From the NCBI GenBank assembly GCA_000002445.1, contig CH464491.1:3712001-3776000 (forward strand): DNA of 64,000 bases, read 5' to 3'. The notes under the pieces were generated by a model. It was not told the origin of the DNA. It saw nothing but the letters and a program-made list of their open reading frames with translations, and did no database searches. This stretch comes from Trypanosoma brucei. Taxonomy: Eukaryota. Shown here piece after piece: positions 35,064 through 46,666 of this stretch (positions are counted from its first letter, which is position 1; every line of letters starts with the position of its first letter). The position numbers were made by a program, and so were the translations under genes.

Positions 35064-35750
35064 TGGCAAATATATTTGCGAGTTCAAATGGTTGCCCTTT
35101 CTTTGTGCGTGTTTGGGGCGGGGTTTGGTGTTTGGGGAACGATTATTCGTGTGTTTGTGTTTATGTTTGGCGAGGGGATGGGGGTTAGACACAATGTGTG
35201 GAAGGAAGAAACTAAAGCAAGCAAATCGTGCGGTACTTCAGGGGATTTTGAATGGTCACCGGCGCTTCAGTTTGATTTAGTGGAGTTGGTCCGCATTACC
35301 TTTGGGGTTTCGCTAGATATGGGGTCTGTAGACCCATAAACAAGGATCAGCAGCGGTGGGTGGAGTTGTTCCGAGTATACAAAAATGAAACGAAAACTCT
35401 GGTGTGCTGCACGACAAAAACGTTCAGACTTGTTTTATCTTGCCGTCTTTTGCCTGGTGCGTTCCATCGTTTCAACGAGATGGTCTTTTATAATCAATCG
35501 AATGGCTTCCACTACCGTAACCAAACACCTTTCCTTACACCACTGTTAATTGATGTATTTATGTATGTATGCGGGCGTTTCTTCCCCCTTGCAAATTGTG
35601 TATGCTACATCTTATGCGAATTAGTGGACTTGTTGTTTTGTTTTCTACATCCTTTTTGTTCAGTTCACGAGCAGGTTTTCTTGTTCGAAGGGATAAGATA
35701 TTCCTTTGCACTGGGCCCATAATCTACATTAGTCACAAAGTTGCAGAGCC

Positions 35751-36314
35751 ATGACCGGTTTTGACACTGTCTGGATCCCTTTTGCGGTGGTTTATCTGTT
35801 GTATCAGATCCCACCAACAATGATGGAGGTATACTCGTACTATAGTCGTGGTGGTCTTGTAAGCATTGAGGATATTAAATTTGATGACACCTTTACTTGT
35901 CATCATCAGTGGCTTAAGGACAAGGATGTGTATTTCAAGAGATTTTGTGACAGACCAACAAGTGAGGCAGGGAAAGCATTCTTCTCTTGGTTGGATTGGA
36001 GTGCCGAAGCATACGATCGTTCCATCTACGTTCTTCGGAGGAACCATGCTCGTCGCGACGGCGAGGTGTCGTTTTTGAAGCGGTACATTTACGGCCCTTT
36101 TGTTTTCAACTGGTCGAAGAAACAGTGGCTGCGAGGTGATGACAGTTGCGGGATGCGCATGCCCGCTTGGGGTGTCGGTGGTGAGGAGCGCGCCCGCGCT
36201 GAATTTGCCGCCGCAAAGGAAAAGGGGTTTGACAAGAACTGGCACTATCAGATCATGCGTAAGATACGCCGCGAACAGGCGCTGAGGACAGCAAAGGAGG
36301 TGCAGGCGCAATAG
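35751..36314 (+). CDS. Hypothetical 187-aa protein with an N-terminal hydrophobic segment; W/R/K-rich
   Basis: ATG at 35751 after a polyY-rich spacer. Codon usage looks like the other genes here. No recognisable family. The fully overlapping minus-strand ORF (35733..36311) looks non-protein-like. Confidence 0.55.
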   Translation: MTGFDTVWIPFAVVYLLYQIPPTMMEVYSYYSRGGLVSIEDIKFDDTFTCHHQWLKDKDVYFKRFCDRPTSEAGKAFFSWLDWSAEAYDRSIYVLRRNHARRDGEVSFLKRYIYGPFVFNWSKKQWLRGDDSCGMRMPAWGVGGEERARAEFAAAKEKGFDKNWHYQIMRKIRREQALRTAKEVQAQ

Positions 36315-37120
36315 TAAACATTGTGTGAGTATTGCTTCGTGTCACATTTGCTGTTGTGTAACGGGTGACAGATCTATGGTTCATTAGTTTTTTTTCCGTT
36401 TTGGTTCCTTTTATTGTTCAGGCACACGTGTTTGTGTGCAGGTTTGTTGTGGGTACCAAATCGCGGAGCTAAGTGAGCGCGCTTGGCTTGGGAGCCGCTA
36501 TTTATTGTTTTTGTTATCGGTTACGGTATATTTGTTATTAGCAGTAGACGTACGCGAGCGGGGTGGGAAGAAAAACGTTGGATAGCAAATTTTTTAATGA
36601 GATTGTTTTCTCATGCGTGAGTCATTATATGTTTTGTTGTTGGACACCCTTTGGTGTGTTGTTGTTCTTGAGTGCTTTTCTTGATCTCTTCTCAACATCC
36701 GCTTGCTTGGCATTTTACCCATTTTCTTCCTAACAAATACTCAACCTTGATATGGGGTATACGTGTTGATGGATACGAATATCAAAAAGAAGTTTTTTTT
36801 CTTTCAACACTGGGTGATCTACGCTTCAAGCACGATAATTTTGTTCGGGAAAGGAGTAACGTAGGATCGAGTGAGCCCTTTAAAGGTTTGGGAAGGGAAA
36901 AGGGATAAATAGGTGTCTAACAGTTTCCACCCTGTCCTCTTTTTCAAGGCGAAAACTTGTTGACGGTGCAGGGGAGGGATTGCCATTGTTGTTAGTGGTA
37001 TTTGCTCTTTGTTGCCATATTATAAAGGGTTCACCGAACACAGAGAAAATACATAATAACAGCTGAAAAAAAGAAAAAAAAGTGTACATATAATTAAATA
37101 TACGTTGGGGTGCTCGTTTA

Positions 37121-40100
37121 ATGGAGCATATTCTCAGCCGCCTTATGATGGATGCCGAAGGTGGTGGCTTGCAACGCCAGGCTATGAAGGACGTCATCAC
37201 CGCCAGAGAGAATTTGGCAAGCAACGATGAGGCCCGTGTAACAACAGGTTTGCTTGAGCTTTGTGATTTGCTCAACATGGCAACACCTATAACTATAGGA
37301 TCTATCCGCCCGAATGTGTTTGTTCCTCTTGTGGTGAACTGCATGAAGAAGGATAACATCGACCTTGTTATCCTCGCGGCACGGGCACTTACGTATATGG
37401 TAGACGCTATATCTTCTACGGTATTTGTTCTAGTCTCGGAGGGAGGAATCGACGTACTGCTTCAACATTTTCAAGAGGTGAAGGATATCGAGCTCTCTGA
37501 ACAGTGTTTAACATGTGTGGAGAAGATAACACAGAACTCTGTCTGTGCCGCTACGGTGCTGCAGAGTATGGGTGTGCCAGCTCTTTTGATGTACGTGGAT
37601 TTCTTTAATGCAGCTTCCCAGCGAAAAGCATGGACGAGCGTTGCAGCGATGTGCAGACGCGTTAACGAGTCGAATTTTGGTTGCGTAGAATGTTCACTTC
37701 AAGATATTAGTGCCCGAATTGATCATGATGATGCCAAAATATCAGAGAAAGCCATCACTTGCTTGTATCGTATCATATCGGGGGTTGGTAGTAACCCGGA
37801 ACTTGTGGCACGTGCATTTGGTGACAGTTGTAATCCACTTATCTCTGTCCTTAGCAGACAGGATTTGTCAGAGACAACTTTCACAACGGCACTATCGCTC
37901 ATTGCCTGTGCCATTGATTGCAGCACGGAAGCAGCTCGCCGAACTCTGGAATCTGGGATAGTGGAGTACATGTTTACACTGATCGCCAGTTCCTCCGAAC
38001 AGCAGCAGCGCCAAGATTTGGCCGGGTTCGCGGGTCGTACGGACGGGGTGTCGCGCGCCTCCGCTGCCAGGGAACCGTCAGCCCAACGGGAATCAGTGGA
38101 GACTGTCCCTCAACGAGATAGGCGACTTTCTGTTGAACAGACCAAAGCACTGTGTCTGGCTCTTACCGCTCTGCTGCCGAAGCTTAACAAGGGTTATCTT
38201 GTCCACGGTGACGCCCTTAACAAACTTATCGCAGAAGGACATGGTGAATCCCACCGACACGCCGGTGCTTCATCCTCGGAGGCAGATGAGGGTATGGGAG
38301 GTGATGATGATGAGGACGGGGACGGGGACATGGATGATGATGATGATGAGGAGGAGGAGGAGGAGTGTACTCACGAGGAAATTCTCTCACGGGTATCAGA
38401 ACGGGGTATTCTACTTGAAAATAACGAGAAGTACCGCACATGCCGCCTCAGGCACATGTGTGACGGTTGCGGTAAGTCGTGTATACCCACCAGCTGGTTT
38501 CGCTGTAATAAGTGCAGGGATTACGATTTGTGTGGGCGGTGCCTTCTTATGAACTGGGATAGCCACAGCCCAGACGGAGAGACCCATTCCTTCTGCGACA
38601 TGCTTGTCTTTTTCCCAAAGGTGAGTGATTCAGTAACTCCTGAAGAGGGCAAAGAGTCGAACAACAGTGACTTGACTGCCGAGCGCGAGAGGCTTTATGA
38701 AAGCAACCCACACCTTCTTGCCCTCATCCTTGGCGGTATCCCAACAGTTGTGGCACTGTTCAATGAATCTGAGGCACATCTCGTTCGGAATCATTGCTTG
38801 GCCTTTATTGACCGTGCTGTTGTTCTCGCGACGCCTGAACAATTGGCGGGGATCAAAGGACTCTCGGAGGCTGCTCTGTGCGAGATGATCGTGACGGCGA
38901 TGGTGGATAGCAGCCTCATCCTTAATGTACAGGTCATGTACCTCTGTCGTATGCTGCTGGAGAAGCTTCCCAAAGTGTACTTGCCTTGTTTTGTCCATGA
39001 GGGCGTCACGAATTCTCTAGTGAAGATACAGGAGCAAAATAAGTCGTTCGTGCATTGTAGTGAAGAGCCGACACCCGTTAAAGAACCCCCTTCCTCTGAG
39101 CGCTTCAACTCAGTTTCCGGATGGCGCGAACTGCTAGCAACGGAGGCGGAGGAAATGCTAGGTATGTTCACTTCCCTCAGTGACGACACAAGGATCCTTC
39201 GGTTAAAGGAGGTTGACCGGCTTTTGCGGGGGGGCAAGCTAAAGGAGGCATTTGACTCTCTCCGCGTTGCCCTCCTTGACGAAACTACCGCATTCGAACT
39301 GTCAGCGACTGATGTATTGCACAGTTTAGTGGAGGCTTTGAAGTCTGTGGATGATGTCAAGGCCATAGTGGCACTTCTCAAAACGTTGGCAAAACAGGAA
39401 CCAAACACCACCTCGACTCTGACACGATTTGTTCGGCTTCTTCAAACTGCGCTTTCACACCTTGATCAGTTCCAGTTACCCAATTTTGGCGCTGTGAACA
39501 CCATACAAACACAGATACCCCTTCGGCTCGTCCCACACGTAGCAGGTCACGCACCGAAACCGAAGGCATCCACTCCTCCAGCAAAAGGCAACGCCTCGAA
39601 ACGTGTGGCTTCCGGTTCCACTGCTGGTCCTCCGGTCCCCACACGGGAGGTGGTTACCAGGCGCCCCACAGGCACATCAGCGGCTCGTCCAGCCGCAGTC
39701 ACTAGCAGGAACAAGAAGGACCAATCGGCGTCACCGGCATCTACGAATACGGGTGGTGGAAAAAGTTCAGTGGAGAACCGAGAGGTTAGAGTTAGCGTAG
39801 AACCATTGACAAATCTGGAGGCACTAATGGGATTTGTAGGCTCAAACGTACTTTCCGGGGGTGGGGAATTTATTGGTAGCCCCGTCACTGGTGGTGGCCG
39901 TCGGCGCAACGATGACGACGAGGTGGAAGAGGTGTTGCCCGAGTTAGCCAACGGCGTGGACCCTGAGGGATTACCTAAAAAGAAAAAACCCGTGCAAGAG
40001 AAGTCGTGTAGGCCTGTTTACATGCGTTGCGGGAAATATGTGTTGCCGCCTTCATTGACGATTCTTCAGCTCCTACAGCGCTACCACACTCCATCACAGT

Positions 40101-41950
40101 CTTCTTCCAGAAAACGGAAGGCGCACAGCAAAGGTGCTAGCGCCTCACTGCGCCTTCTTGCGTTGCTAGAGGGCATGCAAACTAATGTGGGAGATATGAT
40201 TACATTACATTACAGTGTAGACCCCTTTGGACCTGAGTACGTCCATGTACCTGCGCTGATCGACGTACCTCTCGGAACACCTGCTCACCCGGTAGAAATT
40301 AAACTACCGTCTGATGATATCACACCGCCCGGGGCGTTTGAAGTGATGCGGGCGCTGCATAATGAGTACCCTTTTAGTAGTCAGTTTCTAACTGTTGCTC
40401 AGAAGGACATCCTTACGCTACTGGGTATTTTACACGCGGCCCTCCGCAACTGGTCGGCACTCATATCTTCAACAGCGGAAGCGACTACATCGGGGGGTGT
40501 GAGCGATGAAGCGTCAGCTCCGTCAACTTCGCTAGGCGAGTTTATTCACGGGAAACTCAATAATAAGGCCATGCGACACTGTTCGAACCTTCTTCTCGCT
40601 GGCCAGCACATGACAACATGGGCGGTCAATTTGGCTCTCGATTGCAACTTCCTATTCTCTTCGATGACGCGTAAGTATCTCTTTGATGTGGGGTTCTGTG
40701 GTTCCATCCGATCCCTTGTCCAAATGCAAGAAAACATGGAGAAATATGGTATGCGTGATACGTTAAATGCCGACCATCAGTTTGTTCGCTCATACCGACT
40801 TCAACGGGAAAAGAAACGTGTGTGGAGGGACAAAGCCTTGGCTTGCGCCATGCATATAATGGGAAAGGAACGTATTAGCGGTTCAGTGGTGCTTGAATTC
40901 GAGTACTACAATGAAAATGGGAGCGGAAGTGGACCAACAATGGAATTCTACACGCTGGTGTCAGATGAGCTACGGGAGACCAAATTACGTTTGTGGCGGC
41001 GGACGGATGAAACACCCGATGACAAGTACTACAGACCGCACGTCGGAGTATATCCGCGTCCTATTCCTCCCTCTTCCCCGGAGCTTGATGACATGGAGCG
41101 GTATTTCTCCCTGCTTGGACGGCTGATCGCCCGTGCACTTCTCGATAAGCGCATCCTCTCCATTCCACTGTCGCCTGTGTTGCTCAAAATGCTGAGGGGC
41201 GATCCGTGTGGGGTGCACGACTTGGCCGATATCAGTGAGTCGCTCGGTGCTTCTGTTTTGGCAATCGCCAGAGCCGCACGCAGGGGAGATGGTGCCGTGC
41301 AGATGCCAAATTCCACGGTGATGTGTTCGGTGGAAGATTTGGGTTTAGATTTCACCCTCCCTGGGGACGAGTTCGTTGAGTTAACCGAGGGTGGCGCATC
41401 CATACCAGTGACTAAGGTGAACGCGATGGAGTACTGTGACGCTGTCACAGAGTTTGTACTACGCCGGGGTGTGGAACGCTTTGTACACGCCTTACGCACT
41501 GGGTTCCACGACTATGTGCCACTTTATGCGCTCCGTATGCTTAGCATAGGTGAGTTGTTCGAGGTGCTGAACGGTCACCCAGCCCGTGTTACCGTCGAAG
41601 AGCTGGACGCCAACTGTCAGGCCGATCACGGCTATACAATGGGGTGCCGTCACGTGCGGCAACTGTTTGAGATCATAGCCTCTCTCACTGAAAAGGAGCA
41701 GAGCGCTTTTTTCCACTTCCTCACCGGCTCCGCGCACCTTCCAGCGGGTGGCCTCGCCAGCTTACGGCCAAAGTTCACCATTGTGCGGAAAGCCTCATCA
41801 GACCCTAACGTGCGTGAGCAGGATCAACTACCGTCGGCTATGACATGTCAGAATTACCTGAAACTTCCCGCGTACGATACCAAGCAGCAGATGGAGGAGA
41901 AACTGAAAATTGCCATCAACGAGGGTTGTGGTGAATTTCTTCTCACTTAA
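37121..41950 (+). CDS. Giant HECT-domain E3 ubiquitin ligase of the UFD4/TRIP12/UPL3 type with N-terminal armadillo-like repeats, an acidic D/E tract and a ZZ-type zinc finger
   Basis: 1609 aa. The C-terminus ...LPSAMTCQNYLKLPAYDTKQQMEEKLKIAINEGCGEFLLT matches the TRIP12/UFD4 HECT C-lobe (LPSVMTCVNYLKLPDY...) including the catalytic Cys. The ZZ finger reads CDGCGKSCIPTSWFRCNKCRDYDLCGRCL...H.H. The acidic tract reads DDDEDGDGDMDDDDDEEEEEE. Confidence 0.9.
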   Translation: MEHILSRLMMDAEGGGLQRQAMKDVITARENLASNDEARVTTGLLELCDLLNMATPITIGSIRPNVFVPLVVNCMKKDNIDLVILAARALTYMVDAISSTVFVLVSEGGIDVLLQHFQEVKDIELSEQCLTCVEKITQNSVCAATVLQSMGVPALLMYVDFFNAASQRKAWTSVAAMCRRVNESNFGCVECSLQDISARIDHDDAKISEKAITCLYRIISGVGSNPELVARAFGDSCNPLISVLSRQDLSETTFTTALSLIACAIDCSTEAARRTLESGIVEYMFTLIASSSEQQQRQDLAGFAGRTDGVSRASAAREPSAQRESVETVPQRDRRLSVEQTKALCLALTALLPKLNKGYLVHGDALNKLIAEGHGESHRHAGASSSEADEGMGGDDDEDGDGDMDDDDDEEEEEECTHEEILSRVSERGILLENNEKYRTCRLRHMCDGCGKSCIPTSWFRCNKCRDYDLCGRCLLMNWDSHSPDGETHSFCDMLVFFPKVSDSVTPEEGKESNNSDLTAERERLYESNPHLLALILGGIPTVVALFNESEAHLVRNHCLAFIDRAVVLATPEQLAGIKGLSEAALCEMIVTAMVDSSLILNVQVMYLCRMLLEKLPKVYLPCFVHEGVTNSLVKIQEQNKSFVHCSEEPTPVKEPPSSERFNSVSGWRELLATEAEEMLGMFTSLSDDTRILRLKEVDRLLRGGKLKEAFDSLRVALLDETTAFELSATDVLHSLVEALKSVDDVKAIVALLKTLAKQEPNTTSTLTRFVRLLQTALSHLDQFQLPNFGAVNTIQTQIPLRLVPHVAGHAPKPKASTPPAKGNASKRVASGSTAGPPVPTREVVTRRPTGTSAARPAAVTSRNKKDQSASPASTNTGGGKSSVENREVRVSVEPLTNLEALMGFVGSNVLSGGGEFIGSPVTGGGRRRNDDDEVEEVLPELANGVDPEGLPKKKKPVQEKSCRPVYMRCGKYVLPPSLTILQLLQRYHTPSQSSSRKRKAHSKGASASLRLLALLEGMQTNVGDMITLHYSVDPFGPEYVHVPALIDVPLGTPAHPVEIKLPSDDITPPGAFEVMRALHNEYPFSSQFLTVAQKDILTLLGILHAALRNWSALISSTAEATTSGGVSDEASAPSTSLGEFIHGKLNNKAMRHCSNLLLAGQHMTTWAVNLALDCNFLFSSMTRKYLFDVGFCGSIRSLVQMQENMEKYGMRDTLNADHQFVRSYRLQREKKRVWRDKALACAMHIMGKERISGSVVLEFEYYNENGSGSGPTMEFYTLVSDELRETKLRLWRRTDETPDDKYYRPHVGVYPRPIPPSSPELDDMERYFSLLGRLIARALLDKRILSIPLSPVLLKMLRGDPCGVHDLADISESLGASVLAIARAARRGDGAVQMPNSTVMCSVEDLGLDFTLPGDEFVELTEGGASIPVTKVNAMEYCDAVTEFVLRRGVERFVHALRTGFHDYVPLYALRMLSIGELFEVLNGHPARVTVEELDANCQADHGYTMGCRHVRQLFEIIASLTEKEQSAFFHFLTGSAHLPAGGLASLRPKFTIVRKASSDPNVREQDQLPSAMTCQNYLKLPAYDTKQQMEEKLKIAINEGCGEFLLT

Positions 41951-43564
41951 TAATCGATGCATTGCTGTGGACACCAATGGCCATATGTTCACGCGTATAC
42001 GACCATGTTTGTGCGTGATTGTGTTTAGCACATTGTGGAGAGGAGAGGTGAATTGTCATGAAGTTAGTTTCCTCAATTAGGATGTAATAACAGAGATTGG
42101 CTTTTTGTAGAGAGGCGTGGGCAAGTGAAGCGAAAAGGAAGGTAAGGTTTAAGGGGGAACACACCAAGAGATAATTGGGCACAGCAAAGGTGTGTGCTCA
42201 GTAGAGGAGGCGAAAGCAAAGAGAAGGGGGGAAATGCGCAAATGAGAGGGGTATGTTGGGATTGACCCCATGACTGCCGCGTTTAATGCACAGTTTCTGC
42301 TTCTGCGGCATATAATGACGTTTCGCCTGAAGATTTTGACTTCGCGGCTTCAGGATTAGTATGAAAATTGTTGTTGCTCTTAGTTATTGATGCAGTAGAC
42401 ATTGGGTTCACAACCGGTGGCAGTATGTGCCGCTTATTCACTGGTCTCTTTTACGCCTTGCCGCGCGCGGAACGAGAGCGAAACAAAGCAATAAATTAGG
42501 AAACGAAAAATAAGGCAACAATATATATATATATATATTTGTATATTGACAGTGTTGGTGCTCAAAATAATGTAGGTATTCGCATTGCCACTGAATAATG
42601 CAATAGTGGCGTTTTCTTTTTTGGTGTAGGGAGGAAGAAAGTCAAATAAGGAGAGAGTTGAATGTGCGCTATTGGAGGTGAGGAAGAAGTTGAAGTGAAG
42701 TGAAGTGAAATGAAGCGAACGGAGGAACGACGATATCATCTGTTGGTTGTGAGTTTCCTCACACAGAAAAAATATGTCCATTTATGTCTTTGCATATGCA
42801 TTTGTGGCTCTGTTATTAATATTATTATTACTGGTAGTTCTTTTTTGCGGCGCGAGATGTGATGTCCTTCATTTTTATCATTTTCAATGATCATTTGGAA
42901 GACTAGTGGCATCTGGCGGCGAGCCGACACCGCAGTGTTTTTTTTTTACCTTCGCCATCAGCATGCCGTAATGTTTGGGCGTAAAGAAGTGATGGTTGAA
43001 GCAGCTGGGGCATTAGCTAAAAATAACAGTTGTATAACTGATGAGAACGACAAACGAAGCAGCAACCACGTTTTCATGGTAGGAAAACGACGTCGCTCCG
43101 CAGTTTTTATTTCTCTCCTACTCATCGATTTGCTACTAAGTACACGTATTTCCTGTGCCTCTCCGCCACTCCACATTCAAACCTACGGAGGGGTCGTACA
43201 CACAGCAACAATAAAAAAAAAAGAAAAATATTCTTTTCTCATCTAATCCTTTCCTCTGCGCATAATCTTTATCATTGCGCTGATTCTGCACCCCTCACAA
43301 TTTTGTTGATATCCTACGTCCCAACGATTTCCCCCCCTTGGTTTTGTTCTTAATTATATGTATATGCTTATTTATATGACGGTAGGGAAGGTGACTGAAG
43401 ATACACGGGCACGGGAGTGCACTTCTTGTTCTTTACCTGTGTCGTCACGCGAGCGTACCATACGGGACCTTGTGTGTACACGATATTTTTTTTTAAAAAA
43501 ATAAAGACAAGTATATATATATATATTGTATCTAATAACTATTTAGAACTGTAAGAGAGAGCGG

Positions 43565-46500
43565 ATGGAAGATATTCTCGACTTCAGCAAGCCCGTCGAT
43601 GTGCAGCGTTTCGACCAGGTAGTGCAATACCTCTCAACAGGCTCACCACAAGAGATCGTGAGGGCGCAGGAGGTTCTTACCGCATTCAAGGAGAGACCCG
43701 ACTCCTTTTTACGCGTAGGAGACCTTCTCACCAAATCGGTGAACCTCACGACACGTTTTTTTGCACTTCAGGTTCTGGAGGACGCGATTCTACACCGATG
43801 GAACACATTCACTGCGGAACAGTGTCAGGAAATTCGTAACTTTGTTGTTAACATGATTGTAGGTGAATGCGTGAGCTTCAATCAAATTCGTAGTAGGAGG
43901 GCTCTTCTTATGAAGATGAATAGTGCGCTTGTGTCAATAGCGAAGCGTGAGTGGCCCGTTCGTTGGCCGACCTTCATAAAGGACGTGTGCAGTAGTGCTG
44001 GGCCAGATGAACCTCTTGTAGAAAACAACCTGAACATTCTCCGCATGGTGGGCGAGGAGATATTTGAATTTAGCGAGAAAACTTTAACGACTCGATGGTT
44101 GAAACGAAAGAAGGAGGCACTGCAAAGCGACTTTCAGGCAATTCTTCAATTGTGTCTTTCGATTCTATCCACTAGTGACGAGGCGCTTCTCAAAACCAAT
44201 CTGGAGTGCCTGGAGAAATATCTTTCCTGGGTAGAACCGGCGTCCGTGTTTAACGAGGAATTACTGAAGTATCTTGCGGGACTAATCGCACGGAAGTCTG
44301 CCGTATCGCGCTGCGCGGTGCGTTGTCTTACAGTTGCGTGCTCCGTGGAGACAGATCACGGCTCAGTTGGGGACGCGCAAGCGCAGGTGATGGTTCGTGT
44401 GTTTCGCACAATCCTCGATAATATTATGAACTTACTTCCCACGAATCACTCTTCTGTTGAAGCGCGTATCGTCCAGTTTTCCAACATGGAAGGGAGTGTG
44501 GATGCAGGCTTTGTTGGCGATCTCAATCTTTTGTTGGTTGCGTTTTTGAAGCACTATACGAGAAATATTATGTACGACGATCTCTTGTTGATATCTGCCA
44601 ACCAATTGATCGTGGGAATGAGTCATATTAACGACAAGGAGCTATTCAAATCCTGTGTTGACTACTGGTGGTGGCTTGGTGAAAAGATGGTGCGGTCCGC
44701 ATCACCTACACCGCTACACCGGAAGCTGGCACTTGTACTCAGCAATGTTCGCTTTACTCTCATCAAGAAAATGGCAAGACCGGAGGAAGTCATTATTGTA
44801 GTCGAAGACGGTGAGGTGCGCAGGGTGCACATGAAGGATGTGGAGGAACTACAACTCTACAAATTAATGCGGGAGACGCTTGTTTTTTTAACATACCTCG
44901 ATCCTCAAGATATGCAGGCGATTATGACTAAAATCGTTATGAAGCTTGAAGACCTTAGCGAATGGAGTTGGCACAACTGCAACACATTATCATGGGCAGT
45001 CGGGGCGATATCTGTGGCCCTGACTGAGGAACAAGAATCTTCACTATTTGTAGTTATTGTACGTGGCCTGCTAGATCTTTGTAGCAAGCTACAAGGAAAG
45101 GAAAACCGTGCCGTTGTTGCGAGTGGTATCATGTTTGTTGTTGGGCAGTACCCCCGTTTCCTGCGTGCTCATCAGCCCTTTTTCCGCGCAGTGGTGAAGA
45201 AGGTAATTGAATTCATGTGCGACTTATTCCCTGGTGTGCAGGAAATGGCTGTGGATACTCTTTTGAAGGTGGCCTCGCAGGTACCAGATCAGTTTGTTTG
45301 TGTCAAGAACAATGGGATTTCCCTCGCTGAGGAAACGGCGAAGCGGTGGACTGAAATAACGTCTTTGTTAAAACCCCAACATATGCACACATGTTTTGTT
45401 GCAGCTGGTTGGATGGTGAAGGGAGAGAAGCCAGAGCGGCAGCCGAGTCTGTTAGGCATGTTTCTCCAAGATGCGAACGACAGTTTTAGGATTATTGTGG
45501 AGCGAGCAGCCTCTAAAGGTCCGGCCTTTGGGGAAGACTTTTCTGGTATGGGGGAGTTAATACACATTTTACGTGTCTTTAGCAGCATTGCGTCATCTTG
45601 TGGAACATCGTTTGTGAATGAGATGGGGATTATAATTTACGACCTTCAAGGACTCTATCGTACATTCTTCTCCGCCCAAACTGCCCTAGTTGCGGACCAT
45701 GGAACAGATGCCATGGAGAGGCAGGAGGCACGGTATTTAAGGCTAGCGAAGCGGGAGATCTTGCGAATTTTCGAGTGCTTTGTTGACAATACGGAAGAAT
45801 GTGACTTTGTGGCAACAAATTGCATGCCGAGTATTCTGACAACTGTTCTTGAGGACTACCGTGACTCGCTTCCCATAGTGAAGGAGGCAGGAGCCCTAGC
45901 TCTTGTGACGGCGTGTGTCAACAAGTTGGGCACGCGGTTGGCCGGGGATTGTGCTGCCATTTTGGACCACACGTTTGATACAACCATATCGATGATCTGC
46001 GCAAACGCTGAGGATTTTCCCGAGTTTCGCGTGAATCTTTTCAAACTGCTACACGCACTGAATACTCGCTGTTTTTCCAATTTCTTGAGCTACGCCTCCA
46101 CTAAGGGGGACGTTATAAACGGTATGCTGTGGGTAATCAAACATACAGATTTTGCTATAATGGAGACGGGGTTGAAGACTTTAGATGCTTTCCTTGAGAA
46201 TGTCTCCCGGTCAGAGTTACTTCAACCCTTCTACGATGCCTTTATGCAGCAAATATTTGTCGAGGTTTTGGTGTCCGCTATGGATTCGCTTCATGCCGCA
46301 GGATTCGAACTGCATTGTAGCATCCTCATCAAACTCTTCACTGTGTCTAGCATGTTTCCCGTAGATTTGCCAAAGCTCGGCCGAAACGATATTGAGAGCT
46401 TTCTTTGTGAGAACCTTTCAACCATTGCCACACTCACACCTGTCCTTATTAAGCAGTTTATTGCTGGAGCGTATGAAAAGTATGGAGACCCTGTCGAATT

Positions 46501-46666
46501 CAGGCGGAGCTTTGCAGATTTCCTCATAGAAATGCAGGTTTGGGGTGCTGAGGAGGAAAACAGACTGCAACAAGAGGAAGAACAACGCAGACGGGAGGAA
46601 GATATTCCGGGATTTGCTGCCCTTTCCGTGAAGGGGCCGCCACCAACACCTTCTTTTTATCCCTGA
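43565..46666 (+). CDS. XPO1: Exportin-1 (CRM1) nuclear export receptor
   Basis: 1033 aa. Collinear with CRM1: WPTFIKDVCS, MARPEEVIIVVEDGEVRRVHMKD, LYKLMRETLVFLTYLD, EWSWHNCNTLSWAVGAIS, LLDLCSKLQGKENRAVVASGIMFVVGQYPRFLRAH. This last segment contains the Cys equivalent to the leptomycin-B-reactive Cys of human CRM1. Confidence 0.95.
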   Translation: MEDILDFSKPVDVQRFDQVVQYLSTGSPQEIVRAQEVLTAFKERPDSFLRVGDLLTKSVNLTTRFFALQVLEDAILHRWNTFTAEQCQEIRNFVVNMIVGECVSFNQIRSRRALLMKMNSALVSIAKREWPVRWPTFIKDVCSSAGPDEPLVENNLNILRMVGEEIFEFSEKTLTTRWLKRKKEALQSDFQAILQLCLSILSTSDEALLKTNLECLEKYLSWVEPASVFNEELLKYLAGLIARKSAVSRCAVRCLTVACSVETDHGSVGDAQAQVMVRVFRTILDNIMNLLPTNHSSVEARIVQFSNMEGSVDAGFVGDLNLLLVAFLKHYTRNIMYDDLLLISANQLIVGMSHINDKELFKSCVDYWWWLGEKMVRSASPTPLHRKLALVLSNVRFTLIKKMARPEEVIIVVEDGEVRRVHMKDVEELQLYKLMRETLVFLTYLDPQDMQAIMTKIVMKLEDLSEWSWHNCNTLSWAVGAISVALTEEQESSLFVVIVRGLLDLCSKLQGKENRAVVASGIMFVVGQYPRFLRAHQPFFRAVVKKVIEFMCDLFPGVQEMAVDTLLKVASQVPDQFVCVKNNGISLAEETAKRWTEITSLLKPQHMHTCFVAAGWMVKGEKPERQPSLLGMFLQDANDSFRIIVERAASKGPAFGEDFSGMGELIHILRVFSSIASSCGTSFVNEMGIIIYDLQGLYRTFFSAQTALVADHGTDAMERQEARYLRLAKREILRIFECFVDNTEECDFVATNCMPSILTTVLEDYRDSLPIVKEAGALALVTACVNKLGTRLAGDCAAILDHTFDTTISMICANAEDFPEFRVNLFKLLHALNTRCFSNFLSYASTKGDVINGMLWVIKHTDFAIMETGLKTLDAFLENVSRSELLQPFYDAFMQQIFVEVLVSAMDSLHAAGFELHCSILIKLFTVSSMFPVDLPKLGRNDIESFLCENLSTIATLTPVLIKQFIAGAYEKYGDPVEFRRSFADFLIEMQVWGAEEENRLQQEEEQRRREEDIPGFAALSVKGPPPTPSFYP

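Noticed and set aside
35733-36311. 192-aa minus-strand ORF completely overlapping the 187-aa plus-strand ORF
   Set aside because: The plus-strand frame has complex, protein-like composition and matches the orientation of every other gene. The minus-strand product is P/L/T/V-rich without features. It is most likely a shadow ORF of GC-rich coding DNA.
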